Shown: piece by piece, positions 15,846 to 23,314 of the stretch | Layout: every line of letters starts with the position of its first letter | Numbering within the stretch: position 1 is the first letter of the stretch | Source: Vibrio vulnificus CMCP6 | GTDB lineage: Bacteria > Pseudomonadota > Gammaproteobacteria > Enterobacterales > Vibrionaceae | Assembly: GCF_000039765.1 (NCBI RefSeq) | Contig: NC_004460.2 | Span: 90,001-122,000 of the forward strand | Length of the DNA stretch: 32,000 nucleotides | Direction of reading: 5' to 3' | The notes under the pieces: generated by a model | What the model was told of the DNA's origin: nothing | Seen by the model: the letters and a program-made list of their open reading frames with translations, nothing else | The model's database searches: none | Translations under genes and position numbers: made by a program

Positions 15846-17255
15846 TTACCAAAGACCGAGCACTTTCCACCACATACCTCCGACAAAGATGAAAATGGGG
15901 ATAACGATGAGTGAGAAGACAAAGCCGATCTTCCACCAGTTCTGTAAGCTGTGGAACCCTGCGCCAAACAGAATCGGCGCGGGGCCAGACGAATAGTGGG
16001 TGGTCGACATATACAAGTTACTAAAAATACCCAACACAATCGCAGCCAGCATAGGCGGTACACCTGCTGAGATGGCGATGGCTAAGAAAGCGGAATACAT
16101 GGCGCTGATATGGGCCATCGCACTCGCCATTAAGTAGTGACTGTAGTAGTAAACCAGCAAGAGCAAAATAATGGTGGTTGCCCAACCAAAACCAGAAAGC
16201 GACTCGCCGATGCCGTTACTAAACCATTTGATAAAGCCCAACTTATTCAGTTCAGACGCCATCATGATGAGCACCGCAAACCAAGTAATGGTGTGCCACG
16301 CTTCTTTTTCACTGAGTACTGCGTCCCAAGTGATGGTTCGGCTTAGCAACAAGAAGACGAGGCCAATCAATGCGGTGACGGTAGCGTGAATGCCGAGTGT
16401 TGGGCCCAGTACCCATAGTGTGACCATGCCAATGAATGTGGCGCACACCATGATTTCATCGCGGGTCATGGCCCCCATTTGTTGCAACTTCTCTTTTGCA
16501 ATCGCGCGCATTTCTGGCGTCTTTTTCAGCTCTGGTGGAAAGAACAGATACATCGCGAGTGGGATGAGGAAAAGACACAGCAGCCCGGGCACGATCGCCG
16601 CTGCTGCCCAACCAGCCCAAGTTATTTCGACCCCCTGTTCTTTTGCAAAGTTAGCGGCCAGTGGGTTACCTGCCATAGAGGTGAGGAACATGGCACAAGT
16701 AATGGCGTTACATTGGAAAATACACTGCACTAAGAATGCGCCAATACGGTTTTGGGTCCCTTTCTCTGGGTCAGAGTCATAGGCGCTGGCAACCGAGCGG
16801 AAAAGCGGGGCAATGATACCACCACAGCGAGCCGTGGTACTCGGGGTGGCTGGAGCGAACAGCAGATCGGTGAGAACTAAACCATAGGCTAAACCCAGCG
16901 AGTTATGACCCAATTTCGAGATAAACCAGTAACCAACGCGGCGGCCAAATCCTGTGGTAATGAAACCACGTGAAATAAAGAAGGCTGCAGCAATCATCCA
17001 AATTGTTGGATGGGCAAAGCCATTCAACGCCGTTTTTATGGGCAAAACACCCAATAAAGTTGCAGCGGTTAACCCCAAAAGAGCCATTGCACCAAGGGGC
17101 AACGGGGCGAGAATCAAACTGAGCACTGTGGTCACGAAGATGACCATCATCTGCCACGCTTGTTCTGTCAAACCATCAGGGACGGGTAAAAACCACAACA
17201 CGCTACCCAAGACAAAAAGGGACAGCAGTTTTAAGTTTGTGCTATTCATAATCAA
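15846..17255 (-). CDS. DASS-family anion permease, CitT/TtdT-like di-/tricarboxylate antiporter
   Basis: 469 aa and polytopic. N-terminus FLPVPDGLTEQAWQMM, then TARCGGIIAPLF and YYSHYLMASAMAH...THYSSGPAPILFG, paralleling E. coli CitT blocks. Confidence 0.85.
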   Translation of the reverse strand: MIMNSTNLKLLSLFVLGSVLWFLPVPDGLTEQAWQMMVIFVTTVLSLILAPLPLGAMALLGLTAATLLGVLPIKTALNGFAHPTIWMIAAAFFISRGFITTGFGRRVGYWFISKLGHNSLGLAYGLVLTDLLFAPATPSTTARCGGIIAPLFRSVASAYDSDPEKGTQNRIGAFLVQCIFQCNAITCAMFLTSMAGNPLAANFAKEQGVEITWAGWAAAAIVPGLLCLFLIPLAMYLFFPPELKKTPEMRAIAKEKLQQMGAMTRDEIMVCATFIGMVTLWVLGPTLGIHATVTALIGLVFLLLSRTITWDAVLSEKEAWHTITWFAVLIMMASELNKLGFIKWFSNGIGESLSGFGWATTIILLLLVYYYSHYLMASAMAHISAMYSAFLAIAISAGVPPMLAAIVLGIFSNLYMSTTHYSSGPAPILFGAGFHSLQNWWKIGFVFSLIVIPIFIFVGGMWWKVLGLW

Positions 17256-17395
17256 ACCTCCAAAGTGTTGTACTCATCTTAAGTGCTCAGTGGTGTCGAA
17301 AAGTGAGCCAAATCAATTTCATTAAGGTATTGATTTTTAGGTTGTTAATTTTGTAACTGAGTGAAAAGTCACTTTGAAAAAAGCGTGAGATTAAG

Positions 17396-17431
17396 AAAAT
17401 TAAACCAATAAAAATCATAAAATTTAAACCA
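17396..17431. promoter_or_regulatory. direct repeat AAAAT(T)TAAACCA x2 in the divergent transporter/kinase control region
   Basis: aaaattaaacca at 17396-17407 and aaaatttaaacca at 17419-17431, about 23 bp centre to centre. Candidate response-regulator sites. Confidence 0.2.
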
Positions 17432-17526
17432 GCGATCAGAGTCATGTTTTTGCATCGAAAGAGACGGAATACTCTCCACTTCGCGGTATTCTGGAGGCGT
17501 CGTTTTTCCTCATTAGCCACGATTCG

Positions 17527-19086
17527 ATGACATTATCCTTTACAAGGCAGCTGGCCTTTATCCTGAGTTGTACCGTCCTGATTGGCATTGCTGCTTGGTG
17601 GAGTTACAGTGCGTATCAATTAGAAAATGTTCTGAATAACCAAATTGCCTTGCGTGCGCAGGTGCAATCACAGCAGTTAGCAAAATTGCCCAGTCTCATT
17701 GATGCTGTTGAGCGTGAAAATGCACAGCTGGTGTCGGAGATCATTTCTGTCGTGCAATTGGTGAGTGATGCTGATTTTATTACTGTCAGTGATGAAGAGG
17801 GCATCCGGTTGGCACATCCGGTGAGTGAGCGTGTCGGTTTGCCCGTGGTTGGGGGAGACATTCAAAGAGCACTCAATTTGGGTGAGGCATATCTCTCGCA
17901 AAGCGTTGGTTCTTTAGGTCCTTCAGTACGTTATATTTCACCGATTTTTTCCCCTGAAGGGGAAGTGGTTGGCATGGTTAAAGTGGGGTATCTTGTCGAA
18001 ACGCTCAACCTTTGGAGTCGGGAAAAACTGTTACCGCTGCTTTTGTTTGCTGTTTCTGCTCTATCGCTGTTTTTGCTCTTGTCGTGGCGATTTTCGTCTT
18101 ATGTAAAAAAACAAATGCAAGATCTGGAGCCTTGGCAATTAAAGCAAGCGTTGAAAACCCATCAAGGCGTATTGGATGCGACTCATGAAGCGGTTGTTGC
18201 AGTGAACCAACAGGGAAATATTTATTTGGCGAACGACGCTGCGAGAGCCATTCTTCGTCAAAGCGAGCTGGTGGGTAAGGAGACCAAGCAGTTGGATGAC
18301 GCCAGTCACCTGTTTCATTTAGATGGAGACGATTTCTTAGATAAAGTCGCGCAGCTTGGCTCAGATGGCGTGATCATCAATCGTGTCACCATGCGTACAT
18401 CGAATGGGGAAGCAGCTGGTGCGGTATTTACTCTGCGACAGCGTTCGGAGTTGCAAGCCCTTTCGGATCGCATCAGTCAGGTCGACAAGTATCTTGAAAG
18501 CATGCGAGTGACACATCACGAGCATCAAAACAAGCTGTCGGTCATTTCTGGCCTGCTGCAAATGGGAGCCTTTGATAAGGCGCTCTCTGTCTGTTTAGCG
18601 CAAGCGGCACAAAATCAAACACGGATAGACTCGCTACAAGGTGTGAAAAGCATGCCTCAGCTAACGGCGTTGCTGTTGGCCAAACTGAGCAAAGCGAGAG
18701 AATCGAACCAGTCATTGAACATTGCGTGTTATGGGGATCTTTCTGGACTGACGCAAAGAGTGAGTGAGGAACAAGTGTGCTCACTAGTGGGGAACTTGAT
18801 CGACAATGGTTTAGAAGCGTGCCAAGGGCAAAACGATGCCACAATGGTGGTGAAACTACGTGAAACCGAAGAAGAGTTCATTCTTACTTTTTCTAATAAT
18901 GGCCCTAGTCTTGATGAGGATCTGGAAAGCTTATGCCGCTGGGGTTACTCGACCAAGAGTGCTACAGGGGAGCATGGCATTGGCCTTCACTTAGTGAAAT
19001 CCATTCTGTCCGAGGCTCATGGTCATGTAGAGCTCGACAGTGACGAACAAGAAACACTATTTACCGTTTATCTTCCGAAGGAGTGA
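17527..19086 (+). CDS. sensor histidine kinase, CitA/DcuS family
   Basis: Two TM helices flank a periplasmic sensor domain. Cytoplasmic PAS, H-box HHEHQNKLSVISGLLQMG (DcuS/CitA type), and an ATPase domain (GNLIDNGLEA, EHGIGLHLV). Confidence 0.9.
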   Translation: MTLSFTRQLAFILSCTVLIGIAAWWSYSAYQLENVLNNQIALRAQVQSQQLAKLPSLIDAVERENAQLVSEIISVVQLVSDADFITVSDEEGIRLAHPVSERVGLPVVGGDIQRALNLGEAYLSQSVGSLGPSVRYISPIFSPEGEVVGMVKVGYLVETLNLWSREKLLPLLLFAVSALSLFLLLSWRFSSYVKKQMQDLEPWQLKQALKTHQGVLDATHEAVVAVNQQGNIYLANDAARAILRQSELVGKETKQLDDASHLFHLDGDDFLDKVAQLGSDGVIINRVTMRTSNGEAAGAVFTLRQRSELQALSDRISQVDKYLESMRVTHHEHQNKLSVISGLLQMGAFDKALSVCLAQAAQNQTRIDSLQGVKSMPQLTALLLAKLSKARESNQSLNIACYGDLSGLTQRVSEEQVCSLVGNLIDNGLEACQGQNDATMVVKLRETEEEFILTFSNNGPSLDEDLESLCRWGYSTKSATGEHGIGLHLVKSILSEAHGHVELDSDEQETLFTVYLPKE

Positions 19087-19088
19087 GC

Positions 19089-19763
19089 ATGATAAAAGTC
19101 GTGATTGTAGAAGATGATGAGAGAATCGCCGAGCTTCATCAGTTCTTTATTGCTCAACTGGATAATTTTGAAGTGATAGGAATAGCGGCTAACCTGACGA
19201 CCGCCGAGCAATTGATCATTGCCGCGAAACCCGATCTGGTGATCATTGATAACTACTTGCCTGATGGATTGGGTGTTGAGTTAGTTCAACGCTGTTTGGT
19301 GTTACAACCAAAACCAGAGTGCATTGTGATCACGGCTGCCAACGACGCCAATACAGTGCATCTCGCTCATCGTTACGGCGCGTTCGACTATCTGGTGAAA
19401 CCCGTTAACTACACGCGTTTACAAGCCAGTTTGCTTCGCTTGATGAAAATGAAACAGTTGGTGGATAGCCAGAAAATGGTCAAGCAAAGTGAATTGGATG
19501 GCATTTTTCACGCCACTGAACTGGTGGTGGATGAGGCCAGTGGCGTGGATGAGTTTACTTTGCAGCAGGTGGTTTCACTCTTTCCCCACGGCCACAGTGA
19601 GCACACCGCTGCGAGTGTGGCCGCGTTACTTGGCGTGAGTAAAAGCACGGCGAGGCGATATCTCGACAAGGCGGTTGAAAGGGGAGATCTTTATGCGTTT
19701 TTAGCGCATGGCAAAGTAGGCCGTCCAACGCGTTGCTACCGAAATAAACCGTTCGCCGTGTGA
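19089..19763 (+). CDS. response regulator, CitB/DcuR family
   Basis: AAGGAG at 19078-19083 lies 5 nt before ATG 19089. Receiver domain IKVVIVEDDE...DLVIIDNYLPDG...KP with a C-terminal HTH (VSKSTARRYL). Confidence 0.9.
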   Translation: MIKVVIVEDDERIAELHQFFIAQLDNFEVIGIAANLTTAEQLIIAAKPDLVIIDNYLPDGLGVELVQRCLVLQPKPECIVITAANDANTVHLAHRYGAFDYLVKPVNYTRLQASLLRLMKMKQLVDSQKMVKQSELDGIFHATELVVDEASGVDEFTLQQVVSLFPHGHSEHTAASVAALLGVSKSTARRYLDKAVERGDLYAFLAHGKVGRPTRCYRNKPFAV

Positions 19764-19905
19764 TGGTGTCTGCGCAATGAAAATCTGTTATCCCGCTCTC
19801 CATTTCAATGAACAGAACTGAAGGAAATCAATTGGTTTTGCTACATTAACGTTTTCCCTTGTGGCGGTGTGGTCATCAAGGCAAAACGGTTATGTGGAGA
19901 GAAAA

Positions 19906-20517
19906 ATGAGTGTGAGAGAGCGAATGCATCAACAAAAGATTTACTTTTGTGATGATGAGAGTGTGGCGTTAGAGCAGCAAGCTTGCCTGGAAATTCTCTA
20001 TGATTTTAACCAAACCAGACCCTCAGAAATGGAAAAACGCACAGCGATTTTGCGTGATCTCTTGGCTGAAGTCGGTGAGAACTGCTACATCGAGCCACCA
20101 TTAAGAGCCAATTGGGGTAAGCACACACACTTAGGTAATAATGTTTATGCCAATTTCAATTTAACCTTGGTGGATGATACACACATCTACATTGGTAACT
20201 CGGTGATGATTGCACCCAATGTCACCATCGCCACGGCGGGACATCCGATTGATCCTGAACTGCGACGTAAAGTGGCGCAATTCAACATTCCTGTGCACAT
20301 TAAAGATAACGTTTGGATTGGGGCGAACAGTGTTGTGTTACCAGGCGTAACGATTGGCGAAAACAGCGTGATTGGTGCCGGCAGTGTGGTGACGAAAGAC
20401 ATCCCCGCCAATGTCGTGGCCGTTGGTAATCCTTGCCGAGTGTTGCGGCCGATTGGAGAGCATGACAAACGTTACTTCTATCGCGATAACGTTATTGACG
20501 ATTTACCACAAGCCTAA
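19906..20517 (+). CDS. maa: maltose/galactoside O-acetyltransferase (hexapeptide repeat)
   Basis: GGAGAG lies before ATG 19906. The sequence is collinear with E. coli Maa (YIEPPLRANWGKHTHLGNNVYANFN...TATHPID...WIGANSVVLPGVTIGENSVIGAGSVVTKDIP). Confidence 0.9.
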   Translation: MSVRERMHQQKIYFCDDESVALEQQACLEILYDFNQTRPSEMEKRTAILRDLLAEVGENCYIEPPLRANWGKHTHLGNNVYANFNLTLVDDTHIYIGNSVMIAPNVTIATAGHPIDPELRRKVAQFNIPVHIKDNVWIGANSVVLPGVTIGENSVIGAGSVVTKDIPANVVAVGNPCRVLRPIGEHDKRYFYRDNVIDDLPQA

Positions 20518-20535
20518 AACCCGTTAGTGAGATAG

Positions 20536-20568
20536 CGCATCCACTCAGTTCACTCTTTGATGGATGCG
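20536..20568. terminator. weak hairpin between convergent maa and NUDIX genes
   Basis: 8-bp stem cgcatcca/tggatgcg with a 17-nt loop and only a short T tract. Confidence 0.3.
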
Positions 20569-20577
20569 TTTAACCCA

Positions 20578-21033
20578 CTATTTGGCAAGTGGAATGCGTG
20601 AGAGTGGTGAAGGGCTGCGTAAGACAAAGTGTTGCCAAACATGATCATACAGCGCTTCTTGACCCGGAAATTCGGCCAAAGATTTGGCTTGCTCTAAATC
20701 GCACCAACGATATTCAGTGTGTTCATCATTGAGTGTAACGACTTGATTATCTTCACAATAGACAACAAAAACAGGGATGTTGACGATAGAGTCACTTTTG
20801 ACTTGATAAAACTGTTCCAGATATTGGCCGTTGTAGAGTGTTTCTACGTTTATTTGGGTCTCTTCGGCAAATTCGCGAACGATGGTTTGCCAACCCGCTT
20901 CGCCTGCTTCGATTCCGCCTGCGACATGGCACCAATAGTTTCCTTTAGTGCGCTTCATCATCAAGATTTTATATTGGCCATCAAAACGTGACAGCGCCAC
21001 ACCCGATACCGCGTGAGATTGAAATGGGATCAT
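20578..21033 (-). CDS. NUDIX hydrolase
   Basis: Nudix box GGIEAGEAGWQTIVREFAEETQI (GX5EX7REUXEEXGU). Confidence 0.85.
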   Translation of the reverse strand: MIPFQSHAVSGVALSRFDGQYKILMMKRTKGNYWCHVAGGIEAGEAGWQTIVREFAEETQINVETLYNGQYLEQFYQVKSDSIVNIPVFVVYCEDNQVVTLNDEHTEYRWCDLEQAKSLAEFPGQEALYDHVWQHFVLRSPSPLSRIPLAK

Positions 21034-21048
21034 ATTTGTTCCTAGACG

Positions 21049-21420
21049 TTAACGAGAAGATTGAGAATATTCTTGTTCAAGAGCTTGTTTTTGCGCCTCT
21101 TTAATATCCGCCCAGTCAGTGCCGGATTCAATCGCCGCTACGCGTTGGCTATATTTGACATAGGCTCGGCGCAATATTGAATCTAAGCGGATCTCCGATT
21201 CTTTTTCGAGCGCTACGATGGCATTCAGGTAATCCCAGAGTACATCCGCCAATTCATCTTCTAAGTAACACGTACGCTCTCGCGGGATCTCATCGAACAC
21301 GTCGTCGACTTCCTTTTTCAGTTCGTTGAGATAGGTATGTGGCCCCAAATATCAAGAGTTACTTTGATCGTACTTCGCCTTACGTCGGACCACTTCGAGT
21401 AATTGTTCGAAATCTTTCAT
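21049..21420 (-). pseudogene. MazG-like nucleotide pyrophosphohydrolase interrupted by one in-frame TGA
   Basis: AAGGAG lies 8 nt before ATG 21420. Translation reads MKDFEQLLEVVRRKAKYDQSNS-TGA(21354-21352)-YLGPHTYLNELKKEVDD...EDELADVLW in a single frame. The stop aligns with the Trp of the MazG CPWD motif. The track lists only the 3' 99 codons, from a TTG. Confidence 0.7.
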
Positions 21421-21602
21421 CGTCTTAGCTCCTTTCGCGATGAGGAGGGAGTGTAGCCTGCGAGGTCGCAGGTTTGTAGCGATCTATGTTGCAATTTGTT
21501 GAATCAATTGATGAAAAACATAGTTGAAGTGGAGTTGGCCTAAGTCAAAGAAGCGAAATGGCGATAGGCCTACACTGCGCAAAAATAACAAGCATACTTC
21601 CT

Positions 21603-21878
21603 ATGAGCAAACCATCGATTCAGGACGTCATCGCCAGTTTCACTTGTATTGAGCAAGCACTAGACTACTTTGACATCGGCTATGACAGCCGTTTTATTGA
21701 CGAGTATCGCAGTGAACTGGTTAAACGCTTTAATGGATACTTAATTCTTACTAAACCGGACGATTGGTTCTCGGCAAGAAGAGCACTCAAAAACGCCTAT
21801 TGCAAAGTACAACGGGGTCGCTTGAACCCACATACACGTCAAGCATGCCGCGGATGTACCTCGTGTCAGCGAAGGTAG
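21603..21878 (+). CDS. NifW-like small protein with C-terminal CxxCxxC
   Basis: IEQALDYFDIGYDSRFIDEYRSELVKRFNGYL...LKNAY parallels the NifW N-terminal block (AEEFF..LGV.YDP..L.V.RLHIL.R...YL). C-terminus ACRGCTSCQRR. The start is uncertain (21558 or 21603). Confidence 0.45.
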   Translation: MSKPSIQDVIASFTCIEQALDYFDIGYDSRFIDEYRSELVKRFNGYLILTKPDDWFSARRALKNAYCKVQRGRLNPHTRQACRGCTSCQRR

Positions 21879-21913
21879 ATCTCAAGGACTCAATATCGTT
21901 ACAAGGAGCAGGA

Positions 21914-22087
21914 ATGGAGACTTGCGGTAAATGCCGGCACTTTTGTCGTGCTAAAGAAAACGTCAAAGATTTATGTGGGGCATGGGAGCAGCCCACTTTC
22001 GCCAAAAGAGCTGCGTGCGGTTTTTATATGCCTAAAGCGCGTTCCCACACGCAAACTCACGCATTGGCAGATAACAAAAAGGCCTAA
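21914..22087 (+). CDS. 57-aa Cys-rich small protein (METCGKCRHFCRAKENVKDLCGAW...ACGFY)
   Basis: Strong SD AAGGAG at 21903-21908, 5 nt before ATG 21914. Five Cys including CxxCxxxC. The longer track ORF from 21764 overlaps the upstream gene and lacks an SD. Confidence 0.4.
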   Translation: METCGKCRHFCRAKENVKDLCGAWEQPTFAKRAACGFYMPKARSHTQTHALADNKKA

Positions 22088-22134
22088 TATGTCGCTTTAA
22101 ACTCAAATGCGACGGCCCCATCTTGTTTAACCAG

Positions 22135-22163
22135 TTGAATACTAATGAGTGAATCTGTATATT
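22135..22163 (+). promoter_or_regulatory. candidate sigma70 promoter of the ABC importer operon
   Basis: TTGAAT (22135-22140), 17-nt spacer, TATATT (22158-22163). Confidence 0.35.
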
Positions 22164-22166
22164 GCG

Positions 22167-22185
22167 AATGCGCATGATAACACTT
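22167..22185 (+). promoter_or_regulatory. weak Fur-box-like element overlapping the predicted start site
   Basis: aatgcgcatgataacactt matches about 12/19 to AATGATAATNATTATCATT by hand. It is preceded by ATTGCGAATG, which is shared with the 26.2-kb promoter. Confidence 0.25.
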
Positions 22186-22377
22186 CTCAATTGGTATTAA
22201 GTACATGGATAGAGACCCTCATCGCCAAATGATGCCCGCTTCTCACCGTGAGTTCGGGGTAGAGGCAACTGAAACAGCAATCTTTGGTATCTCCTTCGCC
22301 GCTTTTGGGCCTGATAATCAATCGTCAAGTCGAAGCAAACAAGCATTGGCCTTTTGCTCTTCTTTCGTGGGGGCAGA

Positions 22378-23314
22378 GTGAAAAAGTTATTGCTGGCTCT
22401 TGTTTTTGCTGTCCTTTGCGTCGGTGTTTGTCGGAGTAGGGGATCTCACACCAGCGATGTTGTTGTCTGGGGACACGCAGGCGCTTCATTTGCTCGTGAC
22501 GAGCCGTTTACCTCGCCTGCTGGCGATATTGCTTTCTGGTGCGGGTTTGAGTATCGCGGGCTTGATTATGCAGCAAATCAGCCAAAACCGATTTGCTGCG
22601 CCATCTACGTCCGGCACGATTGAATGTGCCATGTTGGGCTACATCGTCAGCTTAGTGTTTTTTGGCAAAGGGGACAGTTGGTTACTGATCTTCAGCTTTG
22701 CGATGGGTGGAACATGGTTGTTTGTCACGTTTGTTCAACGTATACAGTTCAAAAATGCCGTGTTTATTCCCCTTATCGGCATCATTTTTGGCAACATCAT
22801 TGATTCTCTGGCGACGTTTATTGCTTATCGGTATGACTTGCTGCAAAACCTTTCTGCTTGGTCGGTCGCCAATTTTGCCAACCTTTTGCAAGGTGATTAC
22901 GAACTGCTCTACATTGCGCTTCCGGTGGGAATATTCAGCTATCTCTATGCAACAAGAATTTCCGCTGCAGGCTTAGGTAAGGACTTCGCTCTCAACCTTG
23001 GTTTGAACTATCAGCAGGTGGTGGTGATTGGTGTCCTATTAGTCTCGGTACTTTCCGCCAGTGTCGTCATGATTGTTGGCCAATTGCCTTTCTTGGGGCT
23101 GATTGTGCCAAATCTGGTGAGCTATTTTTATGGTGATAATTTACGCCGCAATATTCCCCTGACAGCTCTATATGGCGGCTTGCTGGTGCTTGGTTGTGAC
23201 TTGCTTGGCCGCTTGATTATTTTCCCTTATGAAGTGCCCATTTCCATGGTGATCGCCATTTTGGGTGGCGCTGTGTTTATCTATCTGATCTTGAGAGGGA
23301 AGCAACGTGTCTGA
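22378..23314 (+). CDS. iron-siderophore ABC permease (FecCD/BtuC family), 5' end apparently frameshifted
   Basis: Family blocks: RLPRLLAILLSGAGLSIAGLIMQQISQNRFA.P...G and LPFLGLIVPNL...GRLIIFPYEVPISMV. The main frame has only TTG 22400 (no SD). GTG 22378 (SD-like GTGGGGG) is in the -1 frame and encodes MKKLLLALVF. Confidence 0.85.

Noticed and set aside
17287-17520. 77-aa minus-strand ORF in the transporter/kinase intergenic region
   Set aside because: It is low-complexity AT-rich sequence in a divergent promoter region, with no SD and no motif. It is most likely non-coding.
21352-21354. In-frame TGA in the MazG-like gene as a selenocysteine codon
   Set aside because: The aligned residue in MazG proteins is Trp, not Cys. 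I could find no stable SECIS-like hairpin in the ~40 nt downstream on the coding strand. A nonsense mutation or a base-call error is simpler.
21764-21913. The 5' 50 codons of the 107-aa track ORF overlapping the NifW-like gene
   Set aside because: This part has no SD and overlaps the upstream gene out of frame. The strong SD and ATG at 21914 define a separate 57-aa product.
22170-22377. Riboswitch (for example cobalamin or TPP) in the long leader of the ABC operon
   Set aside because: None of the conserved cores I know is present (B12 box, TPP CUGAGA...ACCUGAUCUGGAUAAUGCCAGCG, and others). A proper covariance-model scan is still needed.
22354-22623. 89-aa track ORF overlapping the first permease in another frame
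   Set aside because: Only its codons from GTG 22378 (MKKLLLALVF) look meaningful, as the displaced N-terminus of the permease. The rest (Cys/Arg-rich) is out-of-frame noise.
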